Positions 7,835 to 16,896 of a DNA stretch of 55,854 nt are shown piece after piece; the stretch's first letter is position 1; every line of letters begins with the position of its first letter. Source of the stretch: a virus (taxonomy: Duplodnaviria > Caudoviricetes). The stretch lies in IMG/VR virus record IMGVR_UViG_3300049050_000058, positions 1-55,854 of that record; one strand, written 5' to 3'. Made by a program: the position numbers and the translations under genes. The notes beneath the pieces are model-generated. The model did no database searches. It was not told the DNA's origin and saw nothing but the letters and a program-made list of their open reading frames with translations.

Positions 7835-8071
7835 ATGTCGAAAATAAATATAGGGGATACTGTAGTTTTTAAGGTTGACGTGATAAAAAGATGCTCTGAT
7901 AAAGCAAGTCTTGCCCAATTCAGAGGTTTAGTAAAAGAGGTATCTAAAGGGCTTTGTCTTGTTGACTATTCAGCAGGTACAAAATGGATACCGGAAGCTA
8001 ACCTAACCCCTGTCAAATCTGTATATGATTCTCGTCTAGGAAAAAGCGTAAAGATAGTGATTGACCTTTAA
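7835..8071 (+). CDS. SH3/KOW-like small protein
   Basis: INIGDTVVF...GLVKEV...VDY pattern; start could be 7808. Confidence 0.6.
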   Translation: MSKINIGDTVVFKVDVIKRCSDKASLAQFRGLVKEVSKGLCLVDYSAGTKWIPEANLTPVKSVYDSRLGKSVKIVIDL

Positions 8072-8117
8072 TAGAATCAGGCTATCATTTACTAAATTTT
8101 GAATAGAAAAAATAAAT

Positions 8118-8145
8118 TAGACACCAGTGTGAGATTGTTTATAAT
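8118..8145 (+). promoter_or_regulatory. early sigma70 promoter
   Basis: TAGACA-16-TATAAT; leader GAACCCACACAAAGCAAACAT. Confidence 0.7.
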
Positions 8146-8183
8146 GAACCCACACAAAGCAAACATCCTTGGGAGTATTTAAA

Positions 8184-8429
8184 ATGACTTACACTCTTGT
8201 ACTGGTAAAAGACGATGGCTCTTTTGATAAGTGGGGGGTTTCCAATATCAAAACCATCAAAAAACAAAACTTCGATGAAAGCTATGGCTACCTTGAAAAT
8301 GGATGCGAGTCCACTGTAAAATTGTGGAATATTGCCAAAGAATGGTTGGCAAAAGAAGATATCCGGTTAGGTGAAGGCTGGGTGTCTATTTACGAAAACG
8401 GTAGTCTTATCAGTAGAGTTGAGGGCTGA
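8184..8429 (+). CDS. hypothetical protein
   Basis: GGGAG SD places start at 8184. Confidence 0.75.
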   Translation: MTYTLVLVKDDGSFDKWGVSNIKTIKKQNFDESYGYLENGCESTVKLWNIAKEWLAKEDIRLGEGWVSIYENGSLISRVEG

Positions 8430-8493
8430 TCTAATGGAAAAGAACAATTGAAAAACGGCATATGGTGACCTAGAATCAATAGAAACATTCAAT

Positions 8494-8522
8494 TAGACGC
8501 CAGCTACTGCTGGCGTTATTAT
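8494..8522 (+). promoter_or_regulatory. early promoter with palindromic spacer
   Basis: TAGACG-17-TATTAT; ACGCCAGC-TACT-GCTGGCGT; leader ACCCATACAAAGCAAACAT. Confidence 0.6.
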
Positions 8523-8559
8523 TTACCCATACAAAGCAAACATCAACGGAGTAACACAA

Positions 8560-8706
8560 ATGTCCTACGTAGCCAAAAACCCTAAAAACCAACCTTTGGT
8601 AGACGAATTTGTTATCCGTCTTGAACGTGAGAAACACGTCATCTCTAAGCGTCTTGTGTGGGAATCTCTTATCAAGCAAGCTGTAAACAGCGAGAAGGTA
8701 ATCTAA
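8560..8706 (+). CDS. hypothetical protein (48 aa, not in ORF track)
   Basis: GGAG SD; MSYVAKNPKNQPLVDEF... Confidence 0.7.
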   Translation: MSYVAKNPKNQPLVDEFVIRLEREKHVISKRLVWESLIKQAVNSEKVI

Positions 8707-8946
8707 ATGGATACTCTACACCTACAATGCCTCATCAACCATCTTTGTAATGAAAAAGAAAGATTGAAGAATGCAAAGACAATCCAAGAAAAAGAATTTC
8801 GTTCTGTATGGGTGAGACAGCTTGAAAAGGAGATAGAACAAGAAGAAGCCTTCTTGGCCAGTAAAGGCATCCAGACGTACAAGACAGACCCAAACACATC
8901 GGCTGAAATGACCGATGATGAAATATTCAATCAATTGTTTAATTAA
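8707..8946 (+). CDS. hypothetical coiled-coil protein
   Basis: AAGG SD; abuts previous stop. Confidence 0.75.
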   Translation: MDTLHLQCLINHLCNEKERLKNAKTIQEKEFRSVWVRQLEKEIEQEEAFLASKGIQTYKTDPNTSAEMTDDEIFNQLFN

Positions 8947-8959
8947 ACAACATCAAACC

Positions 8960-8994
8960 AAAGCCCTGTAAGAGCATTACAGGGCTTTTTCTTT
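8960..8994 (+). terminator. intrinsic terminator ending the early region
   Basis: AAAGCCCTGTAA-loop-TTACAGGGCTTTTT. Confidence 0.85.
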
Positions 8995-8999
8995 GTCTT

Positions 9000-9854
9000 G
9001 AATAATGTATATATTGTCATGCATTGCATGACGCATTATCTCAGCACAATGCGTAACATTGAATATGTTCTCAACACAAAGCAAAGCTTTGTAGTGTCTA
9101 TTCTTCAATGCTACGCATTGAATGTCTAATACGAAGAATAATTGAATAAAATATCTTCTTTTTATTTGTATTGTTCTTCTTTATCTATCAGTGATTTATC
9201 ACTAATTTTAACGTAAAATAATTAAGCCTACTCTTTCTTTTCTGTCAAGAAAAAGAATTATTCTTTAATATTGTTTACAATAAATCCTAATTCCTTCTAT
9301 ATTATTTATAATATATCTTTATTCCTTTCTATAATTTATTTATAGAATGTTTTACTCATAGCGTAGCTATTAGTGTCATTATCATGAAGTGTCATTCCTT
9401 CATGTGTGTACACACATATTATATACACCATTCTATTATATATTAATGCGACGTTAATTAAACACATTCAATTATGTAGTTCTATTAAGTTCTAATTAGT
9501 GTATTTAACATATAACCAGTTAAAGTGAGATATGAATATCTCTATCAATGCTGTATGTATAATCTCAGATAGCAGTAATCAATTAGTGTTCTATATGTTA
9601 ATGACATACCCATTGGCAAGCCAATGATTAGTGTACAAGATGATATTTTAAAATTTTAGTTGACAATGGTGAGGTGGTGGGGTAGAGTGTTAAGCTCTTC
9701 GGAAATCAATCTTATAATCTAATCAACTATACCTCAGATATCGCGATCTTGATATTTCCTATCCTTGATATTTCAATAGATATAAAAATACCCCTGTATT
9801 TTCTACAGGGGGTTGGGTAATTTCTTAGGTATATAATAATGCGACGTTAATTAA
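9000..9854. repeat. non-coding palindrome/repeat-rich region (candidate origin, terminus or ncRNA)
   Basis: serial hairpins 9016-9121; ATTAGTGT x4; 18-bp direct repeat 9444-9461 and 9837-9854. Confidence 0.55.
9783..9812 (-). terminator. intrinsic terminator for leftward genes
   Basis: CCCCTGTA-TTTTC-TACAGGGG with A run on the left. Confidence 0.7.
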
Positions 9855-10258
9855 TTTCTATCATACCCTGATGCAACACCATGCTCATACGAGACAATCG
9901 TAACTTGAGGGTATGTTGTTTTCTTTATTCTCTCAGACTCAAGTGATCTTTTAAGAAATGGATAACAAATACGGCAAGCTTTGTTATACCTCTCTGCCTG
10001 TCTTTTCCCCATATCAAACAAGTCTTGGATATTTTGCGTAGATATTTTATCTAAATGAAGAAAGCATTGGATAATCTTGGAAGAGGAGAGAGGGATTTGT
10101 TGTTCCCTTTCTCCATACCAATCCAACCTCGCCACACCAGAAACAATATCATCAATCCACAAAGGCCAGATCGTAGGTTCATCTCTCCCATACCACTCAT
10201 CACTAAAATCATCTCTAATATCATTAATCAATATTAGAGGTTTTCTTCCTCTTGTCAT
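9851..10258 (-). CDS. hypothetical protein, possible HTH (IQDLFDMGKRQAERY)
   Basis: GGAG SD; 135 aa. Confidence 0.7.
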   Translation of the reverse strand: MTRGRKPLILINDIRDDFSDEWYGRDEPTIWPLWIDDIVSGVARLDWYGEREQQIPLSSSKIIQCFLHLDKISTQNIQDLFDMGKRQAERYNKACRICYPFLKRSLESERIKKTTYPQVTIVSYEHGVASGYDRN

Positions 10259-10421
10259 GTATCACTCCGTCGTCTATTAGTTTATCTTCAATCTCCCTCA
10301 CTCTGTCTTGCTGGGACTTATTGTTTCTACGCTTACGCATTCTCATCCACTCTTCTTTACCCAAAGCTATTAATGCGTCAGCATTGTTTTTAATGTTTGT
10401 CTCAAACTGCTCAATAGTCAT
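10224..10421 (-). CDS. hypothetical protein
   Basis: AAGGA SD. Confidence 0.65.
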   Translation of the reverse strand: MTIEQFETNIKNNADALIALGKEEWMRMRKRRNNKSQQDRVREIEDKLIDDGVIHDKRKKTSNID

Positions 10422-10549
10422 TTAATTTCCTTTCCGTCTTTGTCCTACTCATCAAGTAAATCCAAATTTTCTTCAATTGCCGAAACACGTCCTTCCCAAT
10501 ACCCCAAATTCCACCCCCCCCATGAAATGTATGACTGTCTTCTTTATCT

Positions 10550-10720
10550 TTATATTTCCTCTTCTTCAAATTCAAAATGAACTAATTCCCAAACAGCTTT
10601 AGATATTGCCTTGTATTGTTTCGTATTAGCAAAAACATCCCAATCAACTCCCATGGAATTAGACAAACTCCAATCTAAGGAATTCATAACGCTATCGTGT
10701 TCTTTGTATTTATCGTTCAT
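10550..10720 (-). CDS. hypothetical protein
   Basis: ATGA overlap with upstream gene, GGAG SD. Confidence 0.65.
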   Translation of the reverse strand: MNDKYKEHDSVMNSLDWSLSNSMGVDWDVFANTKQYKAISKAVWELVHFEFEEEEI

Positions 10721-11007
10721 AGTCTCACACTCCCAGGACCATCCCAATTATCTATCACTTTAATTAATTTGTTATTACAAAACAACACAGCTTCTTTTCC
10801 ATGCACCCAAGCTTCAATTGTGAATGTGCAAAATGCTTGTCCTGAAATTCTCCCAGGATAGTTGAATGGGCCTGCTGTATTACTGAATGTTTGAGGATAT
10901 GCCCAATATTCCATGTTGTGATAGCTTACATTCTCTTTACCAAACACTTCTACTAATTGTTCATAGGCTTGTTGCTGACTGTATTCTACATTCTTTTGTT
11001 TATTCAC
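10717..11007 (-). CDS. hypothetical protein
   Basis: GAGG SD before GTG. Confidence 0.7.
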   Translation of the reverse strand: MNKQKNVEYSQQQAYEQLVEVFGKENVSYHNMEYWAYPQTFSNTAGPFNYPGRISGQAFCTFTIEAWVHGKEAVLFCNNKLIKVIDNWDGPGSVRL

Positions 11008-11326
11008 TACGTTTCCTCTCAATTTCTAGACGTAACATTTGTTGTCGTACTTTCTTTTCAACACTATCGTACTGACTGCTTATCATACCAGATTTGTCAA
11101 GTTTGTTGTAAAGCTCCGTGTTTAAATCTGCATGTAAACGTTTACCACAATCCAGGCATGTAGCACTAATCCAATAAGAATCATCATCTGAACACCAATT
11201 TCCTGTATTGGCTTTGTACTCTCCCTCAACAATTTCATGTGAGCAAATCTCTTGTAAATTCTGTAGCTGTTTTTGTAGTTCACTGATTTGTTTTGTAAGA
11301 TTTTCTTTTTCTGAACGAATATTCAT
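11000..11326 (-). CDS. coiled-coil plus Cys (CSH...CLDCGK) protein
   Basis: GGAGG SD. Confidence 0.75.
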   Translation of the reverse strand: MNIRSEKENLTKQISELQKQLQNLQEICSHEIVEGEYKANTGNWCSDDDSYWISATCLDCGKRLHADLNTELYNKLDKSGMISSQYDSVEKKVRQQMLRLEIERKRSE

Positions 11327-11512
11327 TTACACCTCCATATCATAATAATCAACAGCCTGAACGTAATAATTTACATCACACTTCGGGGTTTTTCCTTGCA
11401 TTAGAATTGCTGTACGATGTGCCACTTCTTCGTCTTTAAAAATTTCTATAAATTCTTTATCATAAGATGTGCCAGTCCAACATTCACAAATCAAGAGATA
11501 TAACTTACTCAT
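11327..11512 (-). CDS. hypothetical protein
   Basis: AGGAG SD. Confidence 0.7.
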   Translation of the reverse strand: MSKLYLLICECWTGTSYDKEFIEIFKDEEVAHRTAILMQGKTPKCDVNYYVQAVDYYDMEV

Positions 11513-11681
11513 TCATATTCTCCTTTAACCACTCAACAAAAAGATTGGTTTTAGACTGAATCCATTGTGCATACTCTTCCTGACTAACACCCAAATATTC
11601 ATACAACTCCATTCCTTCGCCATCACCATTGTGCCAAGCTTCTATTTTAATGTCAATTTGTTCTTCTGTTAAATTATTCAT
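11505..11681 (-). CDS. hypothetical protein (58 aa, not in ORF track)
   Basis: MNNLTEEQIDIKIEAWHNGDG..LYEYLGVSQEEYAQW. Confidence 0.7.
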   Translation of the reverse strand: MNNLTEEQIDIKIEAWHNGDGEGMELYEYLGVSQEEYAQWIQSKTNLFVEWLKENMNE

Positions 11682-11928
11682 TTACAATCTCCACTCCGAC
11701 ATAATCTGTTGGAAAATTAATAGTCTTAATCTTCATCCCCATGAACATATCCGGATGCTCTGATACTCCAGTGCAAACCATTGGAGTTAAACTATTATTA
11801 ATTTCTTTGTAAAGAGTTTGTTTACTTTCTACACCAAGCACAAGGACAAATTCTACACTATCCCAGCAATGAAGCTTAGACTTACATTCATAGAACTTGT
11901 GGTGAATAGTTTCAATAATGTTAGTCAT
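11674..11928 (-). CDS. hypothetical protein
   Basis: overlapping chain. Confidence 0.65.
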   Translation of the reverse strand: MTNIIETIHHKFYECKSKLHCWDSVEFVLVLGVESKQTLYKEINNSLTPMVCTGVSEHPDMFMGMKIKTINFPTDYVGVEIVNE

Positions 11929-12139
11929 ATTTGTAATACCATAGATCAGATTTCCAAATAGTAATAATCAGACGATTACGATGATCTTGATAAGTTCTGA
12001 ACGTATTGGATTCAGCTTCATAGTAACATTCTCCTACATAAGCTTCTTCACCAGATCGACTACAAACACAAATACTTCCATCTTTAGGTAGTTCTTTGTA
12101 AATGCTTTTCCACGACTTGTGTTCAATCGTCATTATCAT
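11921..12139 (-). CDS. hypothetical protein (W..I...LP.DG..C motif)
   Basis: AAGGAG SD. Confidence 0.65.
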   Translation of the reverse strand: MIMTIEHKSWKSIYKELPKDGSICVCSRSGEEAYVGECYYEAESNTFRTYQDHRNRLIITIWKSDLWYYKYD

Positions 12140-12398
12140 AATACTCCTTCAGTTGCTCATCCATGCATTTCGTACACATATAAAATTTACCCCAAAAATC
12201 TCGATCAATCAAAGCTTTCTCAAAATAAGCCCTTTCTCCTTTTTGAATCTTATGCGGTGTCTTACCGTAGGATTGCGAAAGATAACAATCATGTTCCTTA
12301 CGGACAGTCACCATTTTCTTAGTCTGACAAGAAATTTCAGCCTCATCACCAAAAAACCAATCTTCGTTCAAATAATCTTGTTCTGTGTATTTAGTCAT
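12123..12398 (-). CDS. putative Zn-binding protein (RKEHDC...YMCTKC)
   Basis: Cys/His pattern. Confidence 0.7.
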   Translation of the reverse strand: MTKYTEQDYLNEDWFFGDEAEISCQTKKMVTVRKEHDCYLSQSYGKTPHKIQKGERAYFEKALIDRDFWGKFYMCTKCMDEQLKEYYDNDD

Positions 12399-12527
12399 TT
12401 CCCCATCCCATCTTATTCCAATGATTGAATTTATCAGCTACAGCATTAGCGTGTTTCTTGTCAAAACATTTAGATAGTATAAAGCCATCTCTGATACGAA
12501 CAACAATCCACTTCTTGTTCTTACATT

Positions 12528-12776
12528 CTACTTTACAATACATAAAATTTTCTTACTGTGTGGAATTTCTTCGATTTCTATTTGATAAATATCTGAACAT
12601 TTTTCGTACACCGGAGGAATATTTTCTTCTGGTGCAGTCTTTGTTCGCATAACTGAGCTTGGGAGATCAAGGCATTGGTGCCAAAAATTCTCACCTGCCA
12701 TTCTAACCCAAAAAAGAAATACAATTTCATCCGTATTTTTCACCTTTGCTTCGCAGGTCCACAATCTATATTTCAT
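12528..12776 (-). CDS. hypothetical protein
   Basis: GGAGG SD. Confidence 0.7.
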   Translation of the reverse strand: MKYRLWTCEAKVKNTDEIVFLFWVRMAGENFWHQCLDLPSSVMRTKTAPEENIPPVYEKCSDIYQIEIEEIPHSKKILCIVK

Positions 12777-12809
12777 AAATTTTATTATCCTCCATAAACA
12801 ATTAAAGCC

Positions 12810-13214
12810 TCAATCAAGAGGCTTAATATATTTCCGTGCCCAAGCTACAACTTCGCCCCATTCTTCGGGAGAAATATCACCAAAGTCAAAAAGATTTTTA
12901 ACTCTATCAACTATTTCATCATCGGTCATTTCTGTATTCTCCAGATTCGCTTCCACAATCTTATCTCTGCCGCGTTTAGCTATTGCTTTTGACTTCTCTT
13001 CTGAAACTCTCATAACAGAGTAACACACTTTTACGTATTCACCAAGAAGAGCATCGTCATTCTTTATTTCATCAGGAATCTCAATTTCTTTCCTAGCTGT
13101 AGCACAAATATACCACCTCATTTCCTCTGGTGTCAAGGAAGATGGAATTAGAATAGATTCTCCTGAGATAGCTTTCTCCATTCTCTTTATGTCGAAATTT
13201 ATTTCATTAGTCAT
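12810..13214 (-). CDS. hypothetical protein
   Basis: TAATG overlap; 134 aa. Confidence 0.7.
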   Translation of the reverse strand: MTNEINFDIKRMEKAISGESILIPSSLTPEEMRWYICATARKEIEIPDEIKNDDALLGEYVKVCYSVMRVSEEKSKAIAKRGRDKIVEANLENTEMTDDEIVDRVKNLFDFGDISPEEWGEVVAWARKYIKPLD

Positions 13215-13441
13215 TACTTAGGCTCATCCAAGAAAAGATAGTCCTGATCTAATTCATTTAATGTCCAACAATAATCACCAGCACAAGTAGCTTCAACAGT
13301 CCAGACGCCATCAGCTATTTCTGGTACTTGATAGACCCTAAGTTTCTCTTTGTCTCCTTTCCACTCAGGCTTCATTATCCAGAAGAATTGATTGTTTTTT
13401 AAATCTTTAATTTTCAACATAATATTCTCTAATCTTTTCAA
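13214..13441 (-). CDS. hypothetical protein
   Basis: ORF; start may be 13420. Confidence 0.6.
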   Translation of the reverse strand: MKRLENIMLKIKDLKNNQFFWIMKPEWKGDKEKLRVYQVPEIADGVWTVEATCAGDYCWTLNELDQDYLFLDEPK

Positions 13442-13475
13442 GAGCTTTAAAATATTCTTCGTTAGTCATTTTATT

Positions 13476-13787
13476 TCAATCCTCCTTGGGAAACAAATAA
13501 GAATACACTTTCCGTGTAGTTTTGTGTTTACGTTCTTTATCTTTATTCTCTACCTCTTGTAGACAATAGTCATGAATATATTGACAAACAGTCTCGGCAT
13601 GAAGCTTTGATGTACTTTTATAAATGCCATACTTGTCATAAATGTAATCAATAGCTAAATTTTCTATATAACTGTTTCCTATGGAAACACATCTCCAGTA
13701 TTTAAAGCCAAACAGCCTTTGCTGTATCTGAGCATAATACTTGGTGGATACTTCACTTTCTTCCACTGTCAAGTGTTCAAGATTCAT
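13476..13787 (-). CDS. hypothetical protein
   Basis: GGAG SD. Confidence 0.7.
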   Translation of the reverse strand: MNLEHLTVEESEVSTKYYAQIQQRLFGFKYWRCVSIGNSYIENLAIDYIYDKYGIYKSTSKLHAETVCQYIHDYCLQEVENKDKERKHKTTRKVYSYLFPKED

Positions 13788-13793
13788 TTTTGT

Positions 13794-14183
13794 TCATTTC
13801 TCCAAATTAATTGATAAAATAATATCACCAAATTCATAAAATTTAATATTTTGACCAGAATTTTCATATTCGTCACTACCTTCAAACCACTTAACCATAT
13901 ATTCTTTCTCAACATTATTCAAATATTTAATAGAAAACCAGCAAATATCTTTGTATTCCATAATTCTTTGAAATACATCAGAACAATTCACTGCGAATGA
14001 ATTGGTAAAATTTACATGCATCTTACCTATTACTTCATACTCTTTGATTGTGCTAACAGGTCTGTTCAAAGAATGAACACATTTAGTTATATCTAGCAAA
14101 CTAAAAGAATTTACGTATTCAATAGGTACAAAACATTCTTCACAATTCTCAAAACCAAAACTCAAACCGATGATCTCTGACAT
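13794..14183 (-). CDS. hypothetical protein (FENCE motif)
   Basis: AAGGAG SD gives start 14183. Confidence 0.75.
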   Translation of the reverse strand: MSEIIGLSFGFENCEECFVPIEYVNSFSLLDITKCVHSLNRPVSTIKEYEVIGKMHVNFTNSFAVNCSDVFQRIMEYKDICWFSIKYLNNVEKEYMVKWFEGSDEYENSGQNIKFYEFGDIILSINLEK

Positions 14184-14293
14184 GTTTATTCTCCTTAAAT
14201 AAAACAATAGGGATATTTCACCCCCATTTTAAACAAAATAGGAAAAGCATACTAGCATATATCTACCACTATTTAAATTGATTTCTTCGTGCT

Positions 14294-14632
14294 CTATATT
14301 GCATCATTTAGCTTTTTAAGCTCATCTATATACTCCAATGCAAACCCACATTCAGCTCTTGCTGTAAATTTAGGGTTTAAAGACACAAGATACTTTACAG
14401 AAGTCACCCCACAATACTCCAAATAATCCTTAATGTCAATGTCGAAGTGATTGAATAGTCTTTTTAAATATTTTGTAGATGTGTTAGGGATATTGTAAAT
14501 AGGGAGACGAAAACCATATAGCTTTGAAAGCTCTTTCCAATGTTCATCATCTTCGTATTCCAACTGAAGATTATCTTTAGCCCATTGTGCTTTAACTTTT
14601 CTTGCTTCTTGTGCTTTTTGAATATCAAACAT
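14294..14632 (-). CDS. hypothetical protein
   Basis: GAGG SD gives start 14632. Confidence 0.75.
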   Translation of the reverse strand: MFDIQKAQEARKVKAQWAKDNLQLEYEDDEHWKELSKLYGFRLPIYNIPNTSTKYLKRLFNHFDIDIKDYLEYCGVTSVKYLVSLNPKFTARAECGFALEYIDELKKLNDAI

Positions 14633-14770
14633 ATTGCTTATACCTCGATTTCTGACATACACAACAACGGCTCCACGTCCAAAACCCTACTTTCAGTCCC
14701 CGACTGTCAACTACACAGCCCTCTTTGATCACGTCATACCCATGAAAACCAATAATACAAAGAAATCTTT

Positions 14771-14938
14771 TCATTTCCAAATAGCCTCAAGAAGTTTTTC
14801 TTTTTGTTCGGTTGTAAGATAGTCTGCCATGTTAATTAGACTAGTGACACGATGAAGAGTTTTTGTGTGAATCAAATCCATTTCTTCTTTCAATTGTCGA
14901 ATCTTATCCTTATATTCTTTCTTTTCTGAATTCAGCAT
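14771..14938 (-). CDS. hypothetical coiled-coil protein
   Basis: TGATG overlap, GGAG SD. Confidence 0.6.
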   Translation of the reverse strand: MLNSEKKEYKDKIRQLKEEMDLIHTKTLHRVTSLINMADYLTTEQKEKLLEAIWK

Positions 14939-15132
14939 CAATCTTCTCTCCAATATTCTACCTGAACAACTGGATTCCCATAAGCATATCCAGATTTGAT
15001 TTGGAAATTTTTGATCCCAAAGCTCAAACAAAAATCACTAGCACTTTGGAGATTACGAAAAAGCTTTACATGACGTTGTTGTTCTTCGTATTCACCTTCA
15101 AGAATCTTATTTTCTTGTTCAATCTGTTCCAT
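14938..15132 (-). CDS. hypothetical protein
   Basis: GGAGG SD. Confidence 0.65.
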   Translation of the reverse strand: MEQIEQENKILEGEYEEQQRHVKLFRNLQSASDFCLSFGIKNFQIKSGYAYGNPVVQVEYWRED

Positions 15133-15664
15133 GAATTTCCTCCAATCCACTATTTACAATATCTTCTGCCATTTTATAAAGATTTCTATCCCCTTCTTTC
15201 AAGACTTCAAGAAGAAGTTTCTTCTCTTTTAGATAAACTTTAGCAAATTCTCTATCGTGATCAAGAATACTTTTTGTATTTGAGATAATATCTGCAAGTT
15301 TGATAGTTTTACAATCAGGAGATTGTTTTGCAATGTGTTGTCTGTCAATTTCTTTACGTTTTGCTCGGTTACCATCAGATGGTTTACTCACATCTGTCAA
15401 GCCGTCAACCAAGTCTGCCACATTTTCACCAAATTCTTCATAAATGAATTCAAGTGTCAGGTGAGTGTCTTCCACTGTATCATGCAGCAGAGCAGCCGCT
15501 AGAATTTCATCATTGATGTTTTCGTAAGCTGCATAACGAGAAATAATATATTCAACTTCGTAGCAGTGAGTGTGGTACGGTACGCCTGTGTATTTTCTGA
15601 ATTGCCCAAAATGAGCAGTTCTGGCTACCAGTCTAGCATCATCCAAAAACAAATTCATCCCCAT
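15119..15664 (-). CDS. HD-domain hydrolase, RelA/SpoT (p)ppGpp hydrolase/Mesh1-like
   Basis: AHFGQFRKYTGVPYHTH, AAALLHDTVEDT, IKLAD motifs. Confidence 0.9.
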   Translation of the reverse strand: MGMNLFLDDARLVARTAHFGQFRKYTGVPYHTHCYEVEYIISRYAAYENINDEILAAALLHDTVEDTHLTLEFIYEEFGENVADLVDGLTDVSKPSDGNRAKRKEIDRQHIAKQSPDCKTIKLADIISNTKSILDHDREFAKVYLKEKKLLLEVLKEGDRNLYKMAEDIVNSGLEEIHGTD

Positions 15665-15676
15665 TTCAATCACTCC

Positions 15677-15856
15677 TTAATCAAACATCTCAGCACAATA
15701 TTCTGATACGAATAGACAAATATCAATATCTGACATATCCGCATCAACTTTGTATTTCAAATAATCTTTGCCAAGATAACCAAATTGCTCTTCGTTGTAT
15801 TCATGTTCTTCAAGCCATTGACCATCTTCCCAAATCATAATAGTTTTCTTAGACAT
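15677..15856 (-). CDS. acidic hypothetical protein (59 aa, not in ORF track)
   Basis: GAGG SD; MSKKTIMIWEDGQW... Confidence 0.65.
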   Translation of the reverse strand: MSKKTIMIWEDGQWLEEHEYNEEQFGYLGKDYLKYKVDADMSDIDICLFVSEYCAEMFD

Positions 15857-16262
15857 AACCCTCTCCTAAAAATTCTTTTACGTATGTTTGACAAATAAAT
15901 TTAACCATATTTGACTGAGTCATAATAAGTCTTTTCTTTTTCGAGTATTGAAGTTTAACTTTATGGATAATTTTAGAATTTAAAGCTACATGAACTTTGT
16001 AACGACCAAACTTATTGAATGGGGCTTTAAATCCAAACCCTGCGGTAGGTGAAAGAGGCATTTTCATCAGTTCTGCATTCCACTCAACAAAATAGCCGTT
16101 ATGTAATTTTACAGCAGTGTTAAAAGAAATATTGGCAATTTCTTTCAGGTTAGGATCATTCGTATAAAAGAATTTCTCTGTAGGGTGCGCTGAATATTCA
16201 TACCCAAGAGCTTTCATAAAATTCATCAAACTTTTTAGTTGAATACGACTTGTATCAATCAT
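15849..16262 (-). CDS. hypothetical protein
   Basis: AAGGAG SD gives start 16262. Confidence 0.7.
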   Translation of the reverse strand: MIDTSRIQLKSLMNFMKALGYEYSAHPTEKFFYTNDPNLKEIANISFNTAVKLHNGYFVEWNAELMKMPLSPTAGFGFKAPFNKFGRYKVHVALNSKIIHKVKLQYSKKKRLIMTQSNMVKFICQTYVKEFLGEGYV

Positions 16263-16272
16263 AATTTTCTCC

Positions 16273-16461
16273 TTAAATGCTATTTGGCAGGCAGATAAAC
16301 GTGTTGTGTTGATCAATCCCTTTAATGTGAGGAATCTTAACACGTTCACCAGCGTTAATGCAAGCCTGTTCAGTGGTGAACCCTGGGACAACAACTGAAG
16401 ATTGCGATGGTGCATTGTAAACATTCAAAGTAATAATCAAAAGAGTGTAACTAATCATCAT
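16273..16461 (-). CDS. small protein with hydrophobic N-terminus (FTTEQAC motif)
   Basis: GGAG SD. Confidence 0.65.
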   Translation of the reverse strand: MMISYTLLIITLNVYNAPSQSSVVVPGFTTEQACINAGERVKIPHIKGIDQHNTFICLPNSI

Positions 16462-16879
16462 GTTTCTCCACTTTCAGGTTTAATTTTTTAAGATTTTCTA
16501 TACCGCAAGCAAGTCTATATTCGTTTTTATAAACCACTTTGTCAATACCTGATGCAGCAATCATTTCGGAACATTTCAGACATGGACTCAGTGTAACATA
16601 AAGTGTACCACCAACAACACTGACACCTTCCTTCGCTGCCTTCAAGATAGCATTAAGTTCTGCATGTAGTACATGTTCCTTGCTTACAAGATTACCATGT
16701 TCATCCAAATATTCAAGCTGATTTTCACTCCCCGGCGCCATGCCGTTGCAACCCCCAATCAAAACACCATGTTTTGTAACAATGCAAGCTCCGACTTTAG
16801 CTCTGATGCCTTTGCTTAGCTTTGAAAATGATTCTGCTACTTCCATGTATACTCTATCAAGCTCTTTTTGACTGGCCAT
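16451..16879 (-). CDS. dCMP deaminase
   Basis: HAE and SPCxxC motifs, KVGACIV. Confidence 0.92.
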   Translation of the reverse strand: MASQKELDRVYMEVAESFSKLSKGIRAKVGACIVTKHGVLIGGCNGMAPGSENQLEYLDEHGNLVSKEHVLHAELNAILKAAKEGVSVVGGTLYVTLSPCLKCSEMIAASGIDKVVYKNEYRLACGIENLKKLNLKVEKHDD

Positions 16880-16896
16880 TTAAAATAAAATCCTTT

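Noticed and set aside
5840-8560. CRISPR-like array from the repeated AAAGCAAACA motif
   Set aside because: Repeats are short, degenerate, irregularly spaced and separated by genes; no cas genes.
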